DNA of 64,000 nt from Haplodiscus bocki. Taxonomy: Eukaryota. Made by a program: the position numbers and the translations under genes. The notes beneath the pieces were generated by a model. The model worked only from the letters and a program-made list of their open reading frames with translations, made no database searches and was not told the origin of the DNA. The DNA is taken from assembly GCA_965655095.1 (NCBI GenBank), contig OZ296651.1, positions 28,148,001-28,212,000 of the forward strand, given 5' to 3'. Below are positions 60,867 to 64,000 of the stretch, in pieces. Numbering within the stretch: position 1 is the first letter of the stretch; every line of letters begins with the position of its first letter.

Positions 60867-61427
60867 ATGGAAGGCATGAAGAGATGTTCGAATTGTGATA
60901 ATGAAAAAGAATTATCTCAATTCAAATTTAGAAAAGATACACAGAGATATAGAAGTGAATGTATACAGTGTTCTAATATTAAACATAAAGAATGGAGAAT
61001 TATTAATCCTGACAAAGTAAAACAAATTCAGAAAAAATATAATGAACAAAACAGAGAAAAAAGAAATATATATCTTAAAAACAAACGAGAAACAGATGTT
61101 AATTTTCGTTTAATCAACAATACTAGAAACAGAATTTATAAATCTTTAAAAAGTATGACAAAACAATCATCAACGAAAGAAATTTTAGGAATTGATATTG
61201 AGACATATAAAAAGTGGCTTGAATTTCAGTTCACACCTGAGATGAATTGGTCAAATATTGAGATCGATCACGTCAAACCTATATGTATGTTTGATGTATC
61301 CAAAGATGAAGATTTAAAAGAAGCATTCAATTGGAAAAATACCCAGCCTTTATTAAAAGAAGTACATTCTCATAAAGGTATTAAATTTAATTTCTTAGAT
61401 TATCAGATTATCAACTTCAATTTATAA
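60867..61427 (+). CDS. HNH (EndoVII-like) endonuclease with N-terminal zinc knuckle
   Basis: CSNC..C..C; M.W.N..IDHVKP...FD......AFNWKNTQPL; C-terminus altered by an 8-bp duplication. Confidence 0.8.
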   Translation: MEGMKRCSNCDNEKELSQFKFRKDTQRYRSECIQCSNIKHKEWRIINPDKVKQIQKKYNEQNREKRNIYLKNKRETDVNFRLINNTRNRIYKSLKSMTKQSSTKEILGIDIETYKKWLEFQFTPEMNWSNIEIDHVKPICMFDVSKDEDLKEAFNWKNTQPLLKEVHSHKGIKFNFLDYQIINFNL

Positions 61428-61451
61428 AAGCATATCAATTCATTAAGCTAA

Positions 61452-62306
61452 ATGAGGAGAGATTTAACGAAAATATTCATTGATGAAATATATTCCAAAC
61501 CACCTCGAAAAAATTATCCAACCAATAAAATAGTATATAATCACATTGATGAAATCTGTTCAATTGATTTAGCTGATATGATAGACTACAAAATTTCAAA
61601 TAATAAAGGATTTAGATATATATTCATCGTGATTGATAATTTCAGTAAATATTTATGGGGTATACCACTTAAAAATAAATATAGTCAAACTATCACAAAC
61701 GAATTTTCGAACATTCTGACTAAGTCAAAACGAAAGCCTATCAAATTAGAATCGGACCGAGGATCTGAATTTTATAATAGTATTTTTCAGAACTTCTTAA
61801 AATTAAAAAATATACATCACTATTCACGTTTTACTGATAAAGGACCTAGTATAGCAGAACGTGTTATTAGAACCATACGTACTTTTTTAAAGAAGCCAGT
61901 GTTTGAGAAAGGAAATGCTGATTGGGTAAGTGAACTAACATCTGTTATTAAAAAGTACAATAATACCATTCATCATTCAACTAAAATGACTCCCATTCAA
62001 GCTTCAAAAAAATCCAACGAAAAAATAGTATATAACAATCTCGAAGACAATAGAGAAGTTCGAAAACCAAAATTTAAGTTAGGACAACTAGTCCGTACTG
62101 CAGATAATAAAAGAGTATTCTCGAAAGGAGACAGTACAAATTACAGTTATAAATTATATACAATAACTGAAATCATACACAATACTATACCTCCATATAG
62201 AATCAACTATTTACCCGAGAGATATAATGAAAATTTATTATTACCTACCAAATTAACCCTTGTAGAAAACAACCAAGTTATGAAAGAATTGAATTTAATT
62301 CAATAA
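61452..62306 (+). CDS. Retroviral-type (rve, DDE) integrase
   Basis: IDLADM, IDNFSKY, SDRGSEF, AERVIRT, YNNT.H..TKMTP, KFKLGQLVR. Confidence 0.93.
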   Translation: MRRDLTKIFIDEIYSKPPRKNYPTNKIVYNHIDEICSIDLADMIDYKISNNKGFRYIFIVIDNFSKYLWGIPLKNKYSQTITNEFSNILTKSKRKPIKLESDRGSEFYNSIFQNFLKLKNIHHYSRFTDKGPSIAERVIRTIRTFLKKPVFEKGNADWVSELTSVIKKYNNTIHHSTKMTPIQASKKSNEKIVYNNLEDNREVRKPKFKLGQLVRTADNKRVFSKGDSTNYSYKLYTITEIIHNTIPPYRINYLPERYNENLLLPTKLTLVENNQVMKELNLIQ

Positions 62307-62321
62307 TATAATAAATAAAAA

Positions 62322-62840
62322 ATGGAATTAACTCAAGACCAAATAATTGAAAAATATGGTAAACGATGTAGGCATTGTAATCGAATCACTTTACTACCAT
62401 ACGAATATGAATTTACTTGCATAGCATGCGGATATAATGTGAATAAACGCAAACATGAATTATCAAAAATACAACGTAAGAAAATAAATTTCATAAACCG
62501 ATTAAAATACGCTGCAATCAAAATATTTTCCATATGCGTAGATTTATATAAAATTTATGAAGGTGATGATTATGATGAAATATACAATGTTTTATCAATA
62601 TTAAAAAATAAAAAATTAAAAATAAATAATACTTTAATCGATATATATAAAGATATGTTGAAAAATCCTAATTTTGAACAGAATAAATATTCATTAACTT
62701 CAACAGGTATTTATAAAATTGGTCATGATAGTATACGGTTAATGAAATGGATTTGTTTTTATGTTAGGTCATATTATGAAAATATAAATTATTATGATTT
62801 GATGGGTTCTCTTTGTAGATATATTATTGATATCACATAA
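62322..62840 (+). CDS. Zinc-ribbon protein, paralogue A
   Basis: CRHC...CIACGY.VNK.KH...RLKYA. Confidence 0.75.
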   Translation: MELTQDQIIEKYGKRCRHCNRITLLPYEYEFTCIACGYNVNKRKHELSKIQRKKINFINRLKYAAIKIFSICVDLYKIYEGDDYDEIYNVLSILKNKKLKINNTLIDIYKDMLKNPNFEQNKYSLTSTGIYKIGHDSIRLMKWICFYVRSYYENINYYDLMGSLCRYIIDIT

Positions 62841-62996
62841 TTTCTTGTATACGAATATTGATTATTATTTTATTTGTATGAATAAGTTAACTTATATACT
62901 GATTACTATTGATTGGTATAGTATAATAACATGTATTCATATACGAATAATAAATATATATATTCTTATAATTGTAAGTATTTAAATTTCATTTAA

Positions 62997-63809
62997 ATGA
63001 AATATCTAAACGGTGAATATTACGTTGAAGTAAAGGATCATCGATATAAAATTCATCCAACTGAAAATATTATTTTACGCAAACGAGATGAACCAAAATC
63101 TCTTAGAACTCAGTATCAAGTTCAGAATGAGGCTCAGATAAGAAAGAATCAGAAAGTCATCAAAAATGATAATAATGAACTAGTAGTAAAAAATTATCCC
63201 AAAAATAAACAACCAATTATTCAACAACAAAAATTTAAACCACCCAATTGTCCATCCTGCAAACAAAATACTTGGTTAGAATTTGATAAAGGTTATTATT
63301 GCACAAATTGTGATTATATTATTAACAAACAAAAACATCAGATAGATAAAAAGGTTCTTAGACAAGATCATGATTTTTCAACTAGACTAAATTATGCTAA
63401 TAAAAAAGTAAGAGAAATATATATAAATATGGCTAATACTACTTATAATTCATCAGAAGATATGATTAATAAATTACAAAGTTTAAAAGGAAAAACAAAA
63501 TTAAAATTTTATAAAAATATAAGTAATTATTATATTGAAATGAAAAATAAAAATTTTCAAACTAATAATCAAGATCCTTTTGCTAAAAATGCTCAAGGTA
63601 TTGGTAAAATTTATCATGAAGTTTTATTGTTAATGAAACTTCTACAGACTAAACCAAAAGTTAAGGATTTGAATAATAATTATCATGATTTATATTATAC
63701 TGTTATTAAAACTAGAGATGAAAATAAGAATATAGATAATCAATATGAGAATGATGAAAACGATTATATTGATGTTAATGATTATATAACTCCTAATCAT
63801 TATATCTGA
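62997..63809 (+). CDS. Zinc-ribbon protein, paralogue B
   Basis: CPSC...CTNCDY.INK.KH...RLNYA. Confidence 0.75.
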   Translation: MKYLNGEYYVEVKDHRYKIHPTENIILRKRDEPKSLRTQYQVQNEAQIRKNQKVIKNDNNELVVKNYPKNKQPIIQQQKFKPPNCPSCKQNTWLEFDKGYYCTNCDYIINKQKHQIDKKVLRQDHDFSTRLNYANKKVREIYINMANTTYNSSEDMINKLQSLKGKTKLKFYKNISNYYIEMKNKNFQTNNQDPFAKNAQGIGKIYHEVLLLMKLLQTKPKVKDLNNNYHDLYYTVIKTRDENKNIDNQYENDENDYIDVNDYITPNHYI

Positions 63810-63897
63810 ATTAAACCTCGTGAAACAATATTGAGTTGAGATAGTGGAGAAAAATGAGATCTTGGATAAATCATTTCAAGTAATTCCTCCTATATAA

Positions 63898-64000
63898 ATG
63901 GAGATGATAATTAATAACGAGACTAAAAAATTATCACGAAATAGAAAAAGAAGAATGGATCGTAAAAATAAAATTAATAATGATATGAAATTATTATTAA
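63898..64000 (+). CDS. Viral ORF, truncated by the window end
   Basis: TATAAATG start, MEMIINNETKKLSRNRKRR... open to the end. Confidence 0.5.
   Translation, partial: MEMIINNETKKLSRNRKRRMDRKNKINNDMKLLL

Larger units (their letters stand above)
49441..64000. mobile_element. Young endogenous Polinton-like virus/adintovirus-type element (right end beyond window)
   Basis: Abrupt switch to very AT-rich, intronless, tightly packed ORFs with ATPase, penton, MCP, protease and integrase. Confidence 0.93.

Noticed and set aside
49441-64000. Contaminant or mis-joined AT-rich contig
   Set aside because: A clean break inside a host repeat unit, an encoded integrase and accumulated inactivating mutations favour a true insertion; read support is still unverified.

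Overview
Repeat-rich eukaryotic (most likely invertebrate animal) genomic DNA in four zones. (1) 1.2-26.7 kb: a co-oriented cluster of six short two-finger C2H2 zinc-finger genes. They share an unnamed ~55-aa N-terminal motif and a C-terminal 'E-x-[VI]-AKAAA' helix, and are separated by MITEs, Helentron/DINE-like repeats and decayed retroelements. (2) 27,965-39,590: an old, complete but decayed Polinton/Maverick with AGTAGT-ended TIRs and relics of protein-primed PolB, ATPase, integrase, penton and a PHD finger. (3) 39.8-49.4 kb: a decayed Pao/BEL retrotransposon, an intact ammonium transporter gene and a tandem-repeat element. (4) 49,441 to window end: a much younger, very AT-rich endogenous Polinton-like virus encoding packaging ATPase, penton, major capsid, adenain protease, fibre, HNH nuclease and rve integrase; no PolB lies inside the window. 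Its most striking features are a hairpin terminus studded with GCGAAGC mini-hairpin motifs, a 2-TM protein carrying all three ESCRT late-domain motif classes (YPxL plus overlapping PSAP/PPxY), a fibre ending in a MAM-like domain, and TAAATG gene starts with a repeated intergenic motif. All homology calls are by-eye motif recognition; no searches were run.
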